Positions 1 to 12,228 of a stretch of DNA of 64,000 nucleotides are shown piece after piece. A model generated the notes under the pieces. The model did no database searches. It was not told where the DNA came from and saw nothing but the letters and a program-made list of their open reading frames with translations. Each line of letters begins with the position of its first letter. The stretch's first letter is position 1. The stretch is from positions 124,001 to 188,000 of the forward strand of contig NW_026859253.1 in assembly GCF_026571515.1 (NCBI RefSeq), given 5' to 3'. Made by a program: the position numbers and the translations under genes. The DNA is from Ruditapes philippinarum (taxonomy: Eukaryota).

Positions 1-252
1 TTTAGCTCTTACTTATCTACTTGTAAGAGGTAAGGGTGTGAAATTATTTACCAAACCAGGGTAAATGACAAAACCAATTGTATTAAAACATATCTCTTAA
101 TTTTTTTTCATTGAAAGATTAGAAACAATCTATCTTATAACAATCTATATTTACTGTTAATACTTATGTTGTACTTAGTACATGATATACAAAAATCATT
201 TAATTATCTTTATTTTCAACAAGTAATTTAACAACATAGACTATCAGTTATT

Positions 253-3200
253 TCAGGCATCAACTTTTCCCCAATATTCCATTGCCATGCTTCTGGCAGT
301 CTCGGGGATATTCATCATCGAGTAGGGTACAGCTGTCTTGTAAGAGATGTCATGTCCGTTCAAGTGCACGGTGATGTGTACATTGCTTAATTGCATCTTG
401 CTATTCATTGATGTAGGGTCGTATTGAAGCTAAAATTACAATTATATATAAGTAAATAACCCTTAACATTTTAGATCTATAAACCCTGCAAGGTATGTGA
501 AGATATTGTGAAGAAAAATGTTTATAACAACTATCTAATTAATCATTCCATCATTATTTGCACAAAGCAAGCAAATTTTCACTTTGATTGTGAACATTCA
601 AACATTTTTTTAACATTTGGTGTATCTTCAGCTCTATTATTGTTTGAAAAAGTGGTTATACATCAACATGTGAACACCGTTAAAGAATGCAATACTTTTA
701 ACTTTCTTTTTAAATAAGTTATACGTTAAAAAACCAGAACAAAGGTCAATAAGACAGAGGCATGTTCACAGAACGCAGCCCCAATACACTCCAGTCATAA
801 CAGCAAGGCACCAAGAAGACACCGAACCATTAAACCATAAAGGCATTAAATCAACAAAAAGAGGTCATGTGATGTTAAGATATTATATGATTTGTGTCCA
901 AAACAAGGGAAACAGACAGCATTGCCAAAATGAAATTGCGATATACAATTAAAGGATCGCAGGATACGTGCCGTGGCAGAACACATTCAGGTAGCCATCT
1001 GACGTATAAAACATATAGAAGAATATTTGACTGATGTTTAAGATTTGAAAGAGTATATTGCGTATACATGTATATCCTTTTGTTTTAGGCTTATCGACAT
1101 TTCACTAGAGTTTTGCATTTTTCTTTAATATCTCAAAAATGTCTTGTTATTGATGGAAGTTTATCAGGGCTGCTAAAGTGAAATGGAGCACTGAGTCTAA
1201 CTCATAATCCATATTAAATAAATACGAGTATATAATACTTAAATTGTAGTAAATAATGCCGTAAAATTCATTATGATTCAACTCCGAGTAAAAGTAAATA
1301 AATAGTTCATTCTAATACTGTCAAAGAGAAGTTATGCAAGCAAATACTTTGACTTTATGAAGAAAAGTACAGATTTTATTAAAAATGAATGATACCAAAT
1401 TGTGCCTTTTTAATTCAACATTTTCTTTATCTGTTGGTGAACAGACACAATTTTCGCATATTTGAAGTTCACCGAAATTATTATGTAAACCTATATAATA
1501 ACATTTTGGAATGATGATAGAATCATGTTATATTAAGTCATGATACTGACCTTTGTAATGATGGGATGTGCCTTATCTAGAGCGGCGTCATATACTTTCT
1601 GAAGCTTGCTGACCTTGCTAGTCATTGTGGTATTCATTTTGACAATGTCGGCTCCGCATACTACAGTTACAATCATAAATTCAAAATCATTCAAAACGAA
1701 AAAGAAAAATATAATACAAAATATGTATTCACCAGGCATTATCATTGTGTCGTATTATACACGGAATTCATATCATCTGCCGACTATAATTATTATAGCT
1801 CTTTGACAGCATTGTTGTTATTAACTAACTGTACTCTTCTCTTATTATTGATTACAGGCGATTCTTTTTGCAACATGCAAATTATGGGGATTTAGTTTTT
1901 TGCATAAAAGTCAAAATACAATTTTGTTTAAAGTATCGTACTTTTAAGAGTTTAAACAATACTTTCACATTTAGCTTTACTTTCTATAGGTTATATGCAT
2001 CTTTCGTGCTTCACAATACTCATGTTTGCCTCTAACGTTTCTGAGGCGTCACGTGCATTTTAAGTATATAATACAATACAAAATGCCTATTGTTTTATAC
2101 AATTATATACTTTGAACATCACTTTTGAAAGGTATCAACCGCGATCGTATTAAACGAGTTATCCGTATCATACAGTATCAATAGGTTTTGAGTTTACTTG
2201 AGTTTTTGTTGAATTCAAAAACATGATCAAGACCTACTGACTGTCAAAGTGAAAGCTTTGTAGATAAACATCAACTGGACTGAAGGAATCACGCATCTTT
2301 CTAGACAATTAGTATGCATCTTTACAGTGATCATGTCAGTTTGAATAGATTGCAGAAATGTTCAATCATTTAATAAGAATGCCTACCAGCAGTGATCACT
2401 TCAGCTTGGGTAGGTAAGAGCAATGGTCTGCAAGAAGCGCATTTTTCCATACAATGTCTTGTCTTTGCGTCGATTTCTCGTTTCTTTCCAAAGATACCTG
2501 TAATTTAAAAACGAAACTATTTGAAAACATATAATTAAATAAAAAACAGTAAAATGAACGATATATTGCTTCATCAAGATTAAACAATTGAACGTTATGG
2601 AAACAAGTTTCATGATTTCAAAATTAGTAATTTTGATCAGGGTTGTATTCTTACATATCAGACCATTAGTTTTACCGATAACGAAAACTTTATGTGGCAT
2701 TTTATAAATAAATTGCGTTAAACTGATGCTATTTCGGTGCATTTTTGAATGAAACTGCATGTCTAGGATGACGCTATTTCGTCATAATGAAGGAAGTTTT
2801 AAATCCATATTAAGGTTTTGTAAGAAAATAGTTACGGGAGAAATGATATTAATTTTCATGAAAAGTTCTTTAATCAAGGTTAATCATTATATAAAAAATA
2901 TAATATAATATGATAGAATATGGAAGAAAATAATATCTAGCATGCTTTTGCAGTTCAGATCGCAATATCTGTATATATTATAAATCTAGAAATTTCATAT
3001 CGCCGATAAGGTAAAATCCTAGGGTATCTAAATTAGAAATAATCATTGACAAGTGTTTCGATGACTTTGACTTTGAGTATTGCCATTTTTACATAGCGTT
3101 TTACAGTGTTATAACACTTACATGTAACAAAATCAAAGTCATTCATTAATTCACCTATTTATATGTGTCACATTCTTTTTCTGCTCCCTAATATTGAATT

Positions 3201-6200
3201 TATTATATTGTTTCTCGTACCTCCAATGGCATGACCTATACTGCTTCCAATATGTTCGATTTCATGACCAGCATTGTTGAGACCGTCCGTCAAACCATGT
3301 CCTAAATCTGTAAATCCGTCCCCAAGTAGTCCAGCTGTATCAATTACTGCATTACCAGCATCAGTTAAAGTACTACCCACTTTATCAAGCCCGTCTTTCA
3401 TTGTACTAAAGGCAGACTATAAATTAATGGTATTATTAGGGTAATGAAATCATATTTATAAATCATATTAAAAAGATAAGCTTTTTCGAATTATTTACTC
3501 TTCATTTGAAATTCCAAAAAGTTCTGAAAAGAAAATATTCTTCAAGAGCGATAAACGCAAAGTTAAAAAGTAAAAATGCGAGTATTTTAAGTGACAATGA
3601 ACCATTTTACATCGCTTATGCCTCTTAGCACCAGCCCAAGCAGTATGTGAACTTTAAACACAGACACGCGTTCAAACATTTATCTCGAAGGGCAAATTTA
3701 AGAAAATGTTGAAGCACAAAGATACTTGCCTATGTAAGTTTTAAAACAATAGAAACGCTTTTTAAATATCTGTGGACCGTATGCAAAGATTTGGGACTTT
3801 TCAACTTTAAAATGATGTGAAACTTGTTACAAGCGCAAACAAATCAACTTATTGATATAAGTTTATTTAATGTGTCGTCACAAAAAAATAGATAAACACT
3901 ATAGCTTACTGAGAAACCATCAGCTACCCCTCCTGAGGCAGAACCTCCCAAATCTTTCATTGACTTAACAAAACCAGCAGCTTTATCTCCAAGAAGATCC
4001 ACAGCATTACCTAATTTTCCGGCCATGTCGTTCAAAGGTCCTTCCAGATATGTGTAGGGATTGGCAAGCGCAAGATAATCCGAGAATGATGGATCAGCAC
4101 TTAAATAGAAATAACTTAAAACATTATAAATGTTATATGTAAATATAAAACATTTAAATGTTCGGATAATTGTAACATATACCGGACGGCATAGAAAATG
4201 CAAATTCGTTAGGTAGAAACAACAGTATCAACGAAGTGAAAGTGAGTTGCGTTAGTACCTATAACTTCCAAAATCCAGCAAATTTTGTGAACTTAGACCG
4301 GGTTGAATATTTTTTAGAGAGTCATGAAAATAAACGAAAATGTAACAGAAACGTATGCACAAAAGCAAACGTAGCAAGAGGGCAAAAGGGAAAACATTTT
4401 ATTAAATTTTTCAAGTTAACACTTTATCAATTATTTAGCACTTAATTTATTATTTTGACTCCACTATGAGTTGTGAAATTAAAACTTAGTTTGACCAAAA
4501 TATTCAAATCATTATCAACAGGTTTTTCTCTCTCAATCAATGTATTCTTTTTAAAACAATTTTGTAATACAGCAAGCATTTTGAATTAAAAAGAACTAAC
4601 AATTAGTAAAATTCTAAAACTCCTTTGTCAACATTAATTCTATGAATAAAGGCAAGCATCTAGATTTTAAACCAATGACACAAAGTAGAACTGGCTAAAA
4701 TTTTGTAATAGTTTTAAACATATGCCATTTATAAAAAAAAAGCGGGCGTACTGGCATGCTGATTTTGCACAACTTTTACATTCGTTAGTCTTGACAGTTA
4801 TCTTAGGTTTACAGTTGTCCATTTTAATCTTCAGCTGCTTGCTCATGTCGACAGTAGCATTCATTTCTATGGCGACCTTGTCCAGCAATGTCTGTCGGAA
4901 CAGTTGTATAAACGCTGAAAAAAAATGCTGATGACTTGCGTGTTCCTGTTTTAAAAAATCATGTTTTATTTATTTTCTGGTACACTTTATGAAAAGTGGT
5001 TTAATAACTCTTAATAACTCTTTTATTCATGTGTACGTATCGAAATATATAAGGCAAATGAATAGGTTTTTCACAGTGTTTCTTTAAATTAAAATGATAT
5101 TTATGATATTTATACTAGTTATGCATTTTTATAGCTCTGCATTTTTATAGTTCCAAAATTGATTCTTATATAAATATACAGGACAGTTACGTACTTTGTT
5201 ATATATGTATATTTGCACATATATACTTCATACACAAAACATAATTTATCGAATAACAATATACTTAAACTAATTCTAGTTATAAACCTTTATATATCTG
5301 CCAAATCAATATTGTTTTTTAAATACACATTACAATATCATACTTATTTTAGATATATTTCTGTAATAATAAGACACATAACCGATATCATATTCATCCT
5401 AGTTAGTTATATACTAGTTTTGGCATGTACATACATGACAGTACCATATACATGATAGTACCACATACATGACAGTACCACATACATGACATTACCATAT
5501 ACATGACATTACCATATACATGACCGTACCATATACATTACAGTACCATATACATGACATTACCATATACATGACAGTACCATATACATTACAGTACCAT
5601 ATACATGACATTACCACATACATGACATTACCATATACATGACATTACCATATACATGACATTACCACATACATGACATTACCATATACATGACAGTACC
5701 ATATACATGACAGTACCACATACATGACAGTACCATATACATGACATTACCACATACATGACATTACCATATACATGACATTACCATATACATGACATTA
5801 CCACATACATGACAGTACCATATACATGACAGTACCACGTACTTGACATTACCATATACATGACATTACTACGTACATGACAGTACCAAATACATGACAT
5901 TACCATATACATGACAGTACCATATACATGACATTACCACATATATGACATTACCATATACATGACATTACTACGTACATGACAGTACCAAATACATGAC
6001 ATTACCATATACTTGACAGTACCATATTCATGACAGTACCATATACATGACATTACCATATACATGACAGTACAACATGCATGACTGTATACATGGCACG
6101 TAAACAATGTACAAATAATATAACAATAAACAATATCACTCCATCCACGTGCATAAATTTGTGTACATAAATATCACACGCGTTTAACATGAACAACTTA

Positions 6201-6518
6201 ATGATTTTTCAACATATTTAGTGCAGTTATATTTCAAATAACCTGTGACTTCTTACATTTAGCATTGTAATGTTAACCTAGCTAAAACCATGTTCAATTA
6301 GTAGAATTACAATCATATCTTTTGCAAAGAGAAACTCAGTAAATAAGGCATGTCATTCTGTTTCATTTTTTTTAAATTGTACTTTGAAATAAAAACATAT
6401 GTTACAACTTATATCACATACTTTGTAGGGAAAACGTATCCATCGGCTGAAGACCACGGCGTTCCACATTGGCACCATTGGCAACAGCCAAGCATGCTAA
6501 CAAGGCTGTGAATATCAT
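253..6518 (-). CDS. Secreted 8-Cys precursor with amphipathic cassette and convertase site, paralog A (347 aa, unknown family)
   Basis: Seven exons with GT..AG introns and compatible phases (1,2,0,1,1,0): 6518-6422, 4914-4752, 4099-3910, 3416-3221, 2497-2387, 1660-1551, 429-253. Spliced ORF: MIFTALLACLAVANG-ANVERRGLQP...FRQTLLDKVAIEMNAT...NCKPKITVKTNECKSCAKSAC...LANPYTYLEGPL...GHAIGGIFG-KKR-EIDAKTRHCMEKCASC...VCGADIVKMNTT...MAMEYWGKVDA*. AATAAA on minus at 209-214. Structure confirmed by two paralogs. Confidence 0.9.
5431..6074. repeat. 17-bp minisatellite (ATACATGACA[G/T]TACCA[T/C]), about 38 copies
   Basis: Visible tandem array in intron 1 of paralog A. Confidence 0.95.
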
Positions 6519-6562
6519 TTTTATTTTTACTCCTGCTTTAAACTGGTCCTTCTTTTGTTCTA

Positions 6563-6598
6563 AACTGACGTTAATGTCACATTGGAGATACGTTTATA
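6563..6598 (-). promoter_or_regulatory. Putative core promoter of paralog A (TATA + Inr)
   Basis: TATAAA at 6598-6593 with TCAGTT initiator at 6568-6563, about 32 nt apart and about 48 nt upstream of the ATG. Confidence 0.6.
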
Positions 6599-6822
6599 TG
6601 TAGCATTTATTCGCAGGCGCGGGTCTAGAATTTTAGAAAAGGGATGGAAGATATGAATCTTACAATTTTTTGGTTATATTCATCGTAAAAACATGTATTA
6701 CATGATATAAGTATAATGTATAATGTGATACATATGTAAAATAATATGTATTACACCTACATTTACATAGACCTACCATAATCATTAAAATTATAGTAAT
6801 AATAATGGATTTAACTCAATAC

Positions 6823-7064
6823 AGGATTGGAGCAGTACCTCTAGACGCTTGCAGAAATCATGATCACAAAATAGCCAAATATCGTTCTTTTCGCCGATTT
6901 TTACATTTTTTATTCATAACCATACATAAATCGGTGTGAAAAGGTGAATTAGACCTATTTCAGTTCATTCCGTTGGGTAAAAAGGCAAGATTTAAGCATT
7001 TTATGATTCAAGCGCCTTGCCCGGTATTTACCGGAATACGGTATTGAGTGTGGTGCTCCAATCC
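6823..7064. mobile_element. Small MITE-like element
   Basis: Terminal inverted repeat AGGATTGGAGCA ... TGCTCCAATCCT; no clear TSD. Confidence 0.5.
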
Positions 7065-9102
7065 TTTTTTAGTCTCACTCAATAATAATAATATATAAAT
7101 ATTATACGTCTGATATCCTAAATCAGTACAAATGTTTTCCTGAATATAAGCCAAATTAGGAAACCTTACGATGCTTCCTCAATAGAATCTTCATAAACTT
7201 TCCAGCATTATAGGCTATAATTCTTAATACGGAGTTAAAATACGAGTGGTTATATCACTGCACACGTGAACTCGAACGGTACATTTTGTTGTTCTGCAAC
7301 TTTTCACTAATAAAAGTGTTTATTTACGAATTTTAGATTATATCAAGATCAAAATTAAGTGCACCGAGGATTCACCTCAGGTCATTTTAGCAGAAGAAGG
7401 ATTAAGTGCGTGATGGGGCGCACCATGCTTTTATTCAGACTAAGTCCGTCAGTGATTTGCTCCCTTATCAATCTTATCATCAGTGTAAAAGGCCATACGC
7501 CGTTGTGTTAAGGTTGACCGCGTTCATTTTTGTGATGATAGTAAGAATTAAGTGATTGAGATCACACTGTGATAAGGTGGAATCATTTGAAAATGTATAA
7601 TGAAAATGTACAATGACATACAAACTGAAAACATGTTGTGTTGGGATATTTGATCAAGATATCCACGTTATAGTTTGTTTTATTATTTATACATTTACAT
7701 ATATATATAACGTAATATTACAAAACCATTCACTTTATTTATGTGCGTACTTTATGTTAGTATTTGAATTCTACAACAGTTATTTAAATATATGATTTTA
7801 TAATAGATTCTTAATATTGGGCGTGTTAATTTCCCGTTTGTCAACCATATATTAATATCTCTATAGAAATTCATAGAAATCATCAACTCCCAAATTTTCA
7901 AAATTGGTGGATTATTTCGCTTTTTTCCGGCAGTAAGAAACACTGGAAATTTTAATGTCATAAATAAACCGCCTTCCACTTGTAACGTTTACTTGACAAT
8001 ACATGACATCACACAATACAAAATACACAAATAATACACGAGACGGACCCACTTCCTTAAAAGAATTGTAATTGTCCCATTCTTGCTTTCATGGGACTAA
8101 CAACTACTGAGGACATTACTTAAAATACAATCGACCGATACAGATCTGAAATACTTGAGATATTATGTTCTTTCCTGTTCTTATATGTGAAAGCTCCAAG
8201 GAAGTCCAAAAGCCTCAAAGCATCAATATGTGTGAAATTGTAATGAGTTTTAGTCCTTTAAACGCTTTCAATTTAGGGTCATTTTGCACAATTGAAATAT
8301 TTTTTCTTAAAGAAAAAGGGAATGAGCGATTGATCTGAAAATGTGCACTCATGTTATAAGTCCTACATAAATTAAAACACAAATCTGGAGAGAAATTAAA
8401 TCAAGTCACTTCATATAAAAAATCTCAGTCAAGTTTATTTAAGACATAAATCTAATTTATGATATGGTATCCAAATTTATCTAATTGGCACTTTTATGAT
8501 TTAAAAAGTCTAAAAGGGACACTTTAAACGACTAAATTTGCTCGATTTTTCATTAGGTATGATTCTTTTCTGAGGTTGATTAGTCATTAAATGTCTCCTT
8601 AACTCATATGACAACAAAAGAATGTTCGACTTAGTATTTAAAGTAAATTTAAATAGGAAATGTAGTTAATAATGTTTTACATTTTCAAAAAATATGTGAA
8701 CATTTGTTTAAAATTGTATAATGATAACAAAGTATGTTTTGCATGGCAAGATAATGTTCAAAAGTGTTTCATTTTTAATCAAAATCATGAAACGATCTTT
8801 AAAGTTGCAATGTAATGAAACCGGACGTGATGAGTCATTGCCAACAGATGAGTATGAAGCCGGGTAAGTCTGCAAATCCAATGCAGTCTTGCAAGACTCT
8901 TGACTGCTTGTAGCTTTTTTTCTATATTGATAGTGAAAAATATTAAACTTTGAATATCCTGTTCCAAATTCATACCTGGGAAAATCCATGACACTAATTT
9001 AACAAGTTCAGGGTTAAGTGCCATGTTCTTATCTCTGAACCTTCCAAATATCCACGTCATCGTTTAAAGTTAAACTTAAGCTAAAGAACTTCTGTTTTAA
9101 CC

Positions 9103-10469
9103 ATGGTTCTTATGGTGATTCTAGTTTTTGCTTTAAGTCATACTGTTGCAGGAGGTAAAACTCAAACTGATGGTCACGTAACTGATTCAGGAATACAGGA
9201 AGTTTCCAAGCGTCTTAGCTCGCTTGAGGTTAACCTGAAACGTCAAGCAGAAGACAATGTTGTCCTTAAGCAGACGGTAGCAGATCTTCAAGAAGAAAAT
9301 CAACGGCTTTTAAGTCAGGTCAGTAGTTTACAAGCGAGCGAGACGGACATGTTTAAAGCCCTTAATGACATGCAGAAGAAAGTGGACCAGATTGACGCCT
9401 GTGATCAGAAACACGATGATAATATGCATGACGTCGTTGAGTATATAACAGAGCCCTTATACGAAGAAATAGAACCTGAAAAAGAGGATAAAATCAAAGA
9501 GCTATCCGAGACACAGCCTAAAGCTCAAAATAAAGGTGAGAGTGTTACTATTCATAAATACATGCATATGTCAGTCACATAATGAAAAACCGGCATCTTC
9601 ATTCAACTTCAATGCAAAACTACATTTTTGTTCTTCTGAAGTGATCTATCCTTTTAGCTATGATAGGACGTGTTCAACTATCATTAACCTTTTACAATTA
9701 AAACACAGAATAACAATTGGATGAACATTGATAATGATAATTGCCTTATCAATAGATAAACAAAATGGGCGATATACCGACAGTGTTTTTCTTTTTTGTG
9801 CTTCTTCTCTCGTATTTCAAAGCAATTCATTCAAGAAAGTTATGCCAAGTATTGAAACGTTTACGAACATAAAACTTCATTCAAATGTTGCGTTCCGCAA
9901 AATATATATAATAAAGAAATATATGGCATATTGATATATCAATTTATATTTTATATAAAATGTACAAGTTTTCTTTTAAAACTATTACTCATCTATTTGC
10001 AGATGCGAGAAAAATACGAAGGTCCCTTCAACGCCGGGAAAATGAATTGAATGTTTCCTTTTTTGCTACTCTCGGAAATCATCTCCAACATCTTGGAGCA
10101 AGTCAAAATATTGCTTTTGATCGAGTTATTACCAACATAGGTAACGGGTATAACAGCCATGCCGGAGACTTCAGGGCGCCTGTTGCCGGAACCTACGTGT
10201 TTTCCGTTACGTTGATGGCTTACAGTTCTTCAACAACCCATTATAACATTGTCAAGAACAGTACAACCGTGGCCAATCTCTACGTCCGTGGTATAGAGTC
10301 GCCCTATGCGAGCTCCAGTATGACGGCGGTCCTTCAGCTTCAAAAAGGAGAAGATGTTGCCATCAGAAACGTTGATACAGATAAGATGTTACACGGCTCA
10401 CACTACAGCGCTTTTTCTGGTTTTCTGCTTGACCAAGACTTTTCAAGTCCTGCAATCGTTGGGAAATAA
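9103..10469 (+). CDS. C1q domain-containing protein (signal peptide, coiled coil, globular C1q domain; 299 aa)
   Basis: Exon 1 9103-9535 (G|gtgag) and exon 2 10003-10469 (ttgcag|AT). Signal peptide MVLMVILVFALSHTVAG, heptad coiled coil, acidic linker, then gC1q motifs IAFDRVITNIGNGYN, FRAPVAGTYVFS, LQLQKGEDV, YSAFSGFLL. No collagen repeat, as is typical of bivalve C1qDC proteins. Confidence 0.93.
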
Positions 10470-12228
10470 ATGTTACTAAATTAAATGAACATCTGATTTT
10501 AGCGAATAATAAAAAGAAATTTTCTCTTAATTAAAGTTTCGTGTTGATGTATTTTATAAGATATGGATATTGTCAGACTTTTCACGTTTTCTGCTATTAA
10601 GACAACAGCGTTTTCTTTGTGTACTTAACGTCGTGTACAATTAGTTACTACAGTTATGATTCACATAGCAATTTCCAAACCTATGTTTTCATTAATGTAC
10701 GAGCGGATAAATAAGTTTAATAAATTCGTACAACTCGATATTTAGTTTACACAATTAAAGATTTTTTCCATTCATTTTTATGCAGTGTAAACCTTTGTCT
10801 GTTGAATGATAACATCCGCTCAGCCAACAAGTACATTTTTGCTCTTAATTGTTGTTTGAAAGACAAAAATAGAAATTCGTAAATGCTAGTTGGACCACTT
10901 AAATCACCCGCCATACAGTTTAATCCTGTGAACAAGTGATTTGTATCTGCTTCAAATTTTGAAGACGAGATTTCGGGACGATGAGCTCAAGGCTACTATA
11001 GAGTCTTGGTTTTGGGATCAAAGAAACGTATGTGATTTAAAAGACTGATCAAAAGAAAAGTAAGCTAAATGCAGTGAAGTAAAGACGGAACACATCGAAC
11101 AATAATATTGAAACTATTTTCCAATATATGAGTTAATTACCATAGTTCTTCAAACTCACTGAAATCCCCTTGTATTTTAAAAAGCATTTTAATCCAAAAA
11201 ATTTAAAAAGACCAGTCTTGTGCGTTTTTAAAAGTTTATTTTTCATTTTGGTATCCCGTTTTAGTTTTTTTTTCAAATATCCGTTATTATCCATTTAGAA
11301 TAGCCATCGTTTACTTCTTTTCGTGTGTTTTGGTAGTACAGTTATACAGTAGATTCAATATTTTGTATGGAAGTCAAAATATTTTAGATGTCATTAAGAT
11401 ATCTGGATGAGTTTTGCATGATAAGCATAAGTGCTAATTCAAAAATAGGGTCAAATACGCTTGAAATTAAACAGTCATATACGCAGTATTATTCTTTAAA
11501 TTCAAATACATGCAAAGATCAGATCTAAGAAAATATAGTTTTGCTTTGTGGTCTGTTATTTCATTTCTAGGGTCCGACAAAAGTTTGCTAAATGTTTTTT
11601 TCACTTTCTCTCAATGTTAACAATAAATCTGCTAAATGTCTTCAATAGACTTTTCCCGCTTCCGCATTTGTCAATATTAAGAACATTAAGGTGATAATAT
11701 ATCGACTGCAAAACTGAACTCTGTTTGACGGGTACACAATTGTCAAAACTGAAATGGGTGAGGTTAAAACCGAAGTATATTTTTTGCAGCTCTGTATAAG
11801 TCCAATCATTATTGTACTCAACAATGTATATTGACCGCTTTATTTTTTTATATAACAAATTGCTTTGATTATTTTGACAGAACTTTGATTTTCAAAGTAC
11901 GATATGGATTTGATGGCAAATGTTTGGACGCACAATATTTGTGCATACATGGAGTTGTTGTGGACTCAGAAAATGAAGACGAGGCTAAATTGATAAGATT
12001 AGATCCAATAAAGATTTTCATTGCAGGATTACATGGTTAAAATGCTGGATGTATATTGGTAGGTTTACATTAAGGTATGCAAGAAACTCTGTTGAATCTC
12101 TTCGAGTTATGTTTATCACACAGACTTTTTATTATACTATTTTAACACAATAAATAATAACTAAAATCTCAGATATTATGCTTTATCACCCCTGCACGAA
12201 CACGTAATTCTTTCATTACAATGTATAT

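Noticed and set aside
11880-12040. Possible orphan exon (FKVRYGFDGKCLDAQYLC…) after an acceptor-like site
   Set aside because: Ends in a stop, has no partner exons and no recognisable motif.
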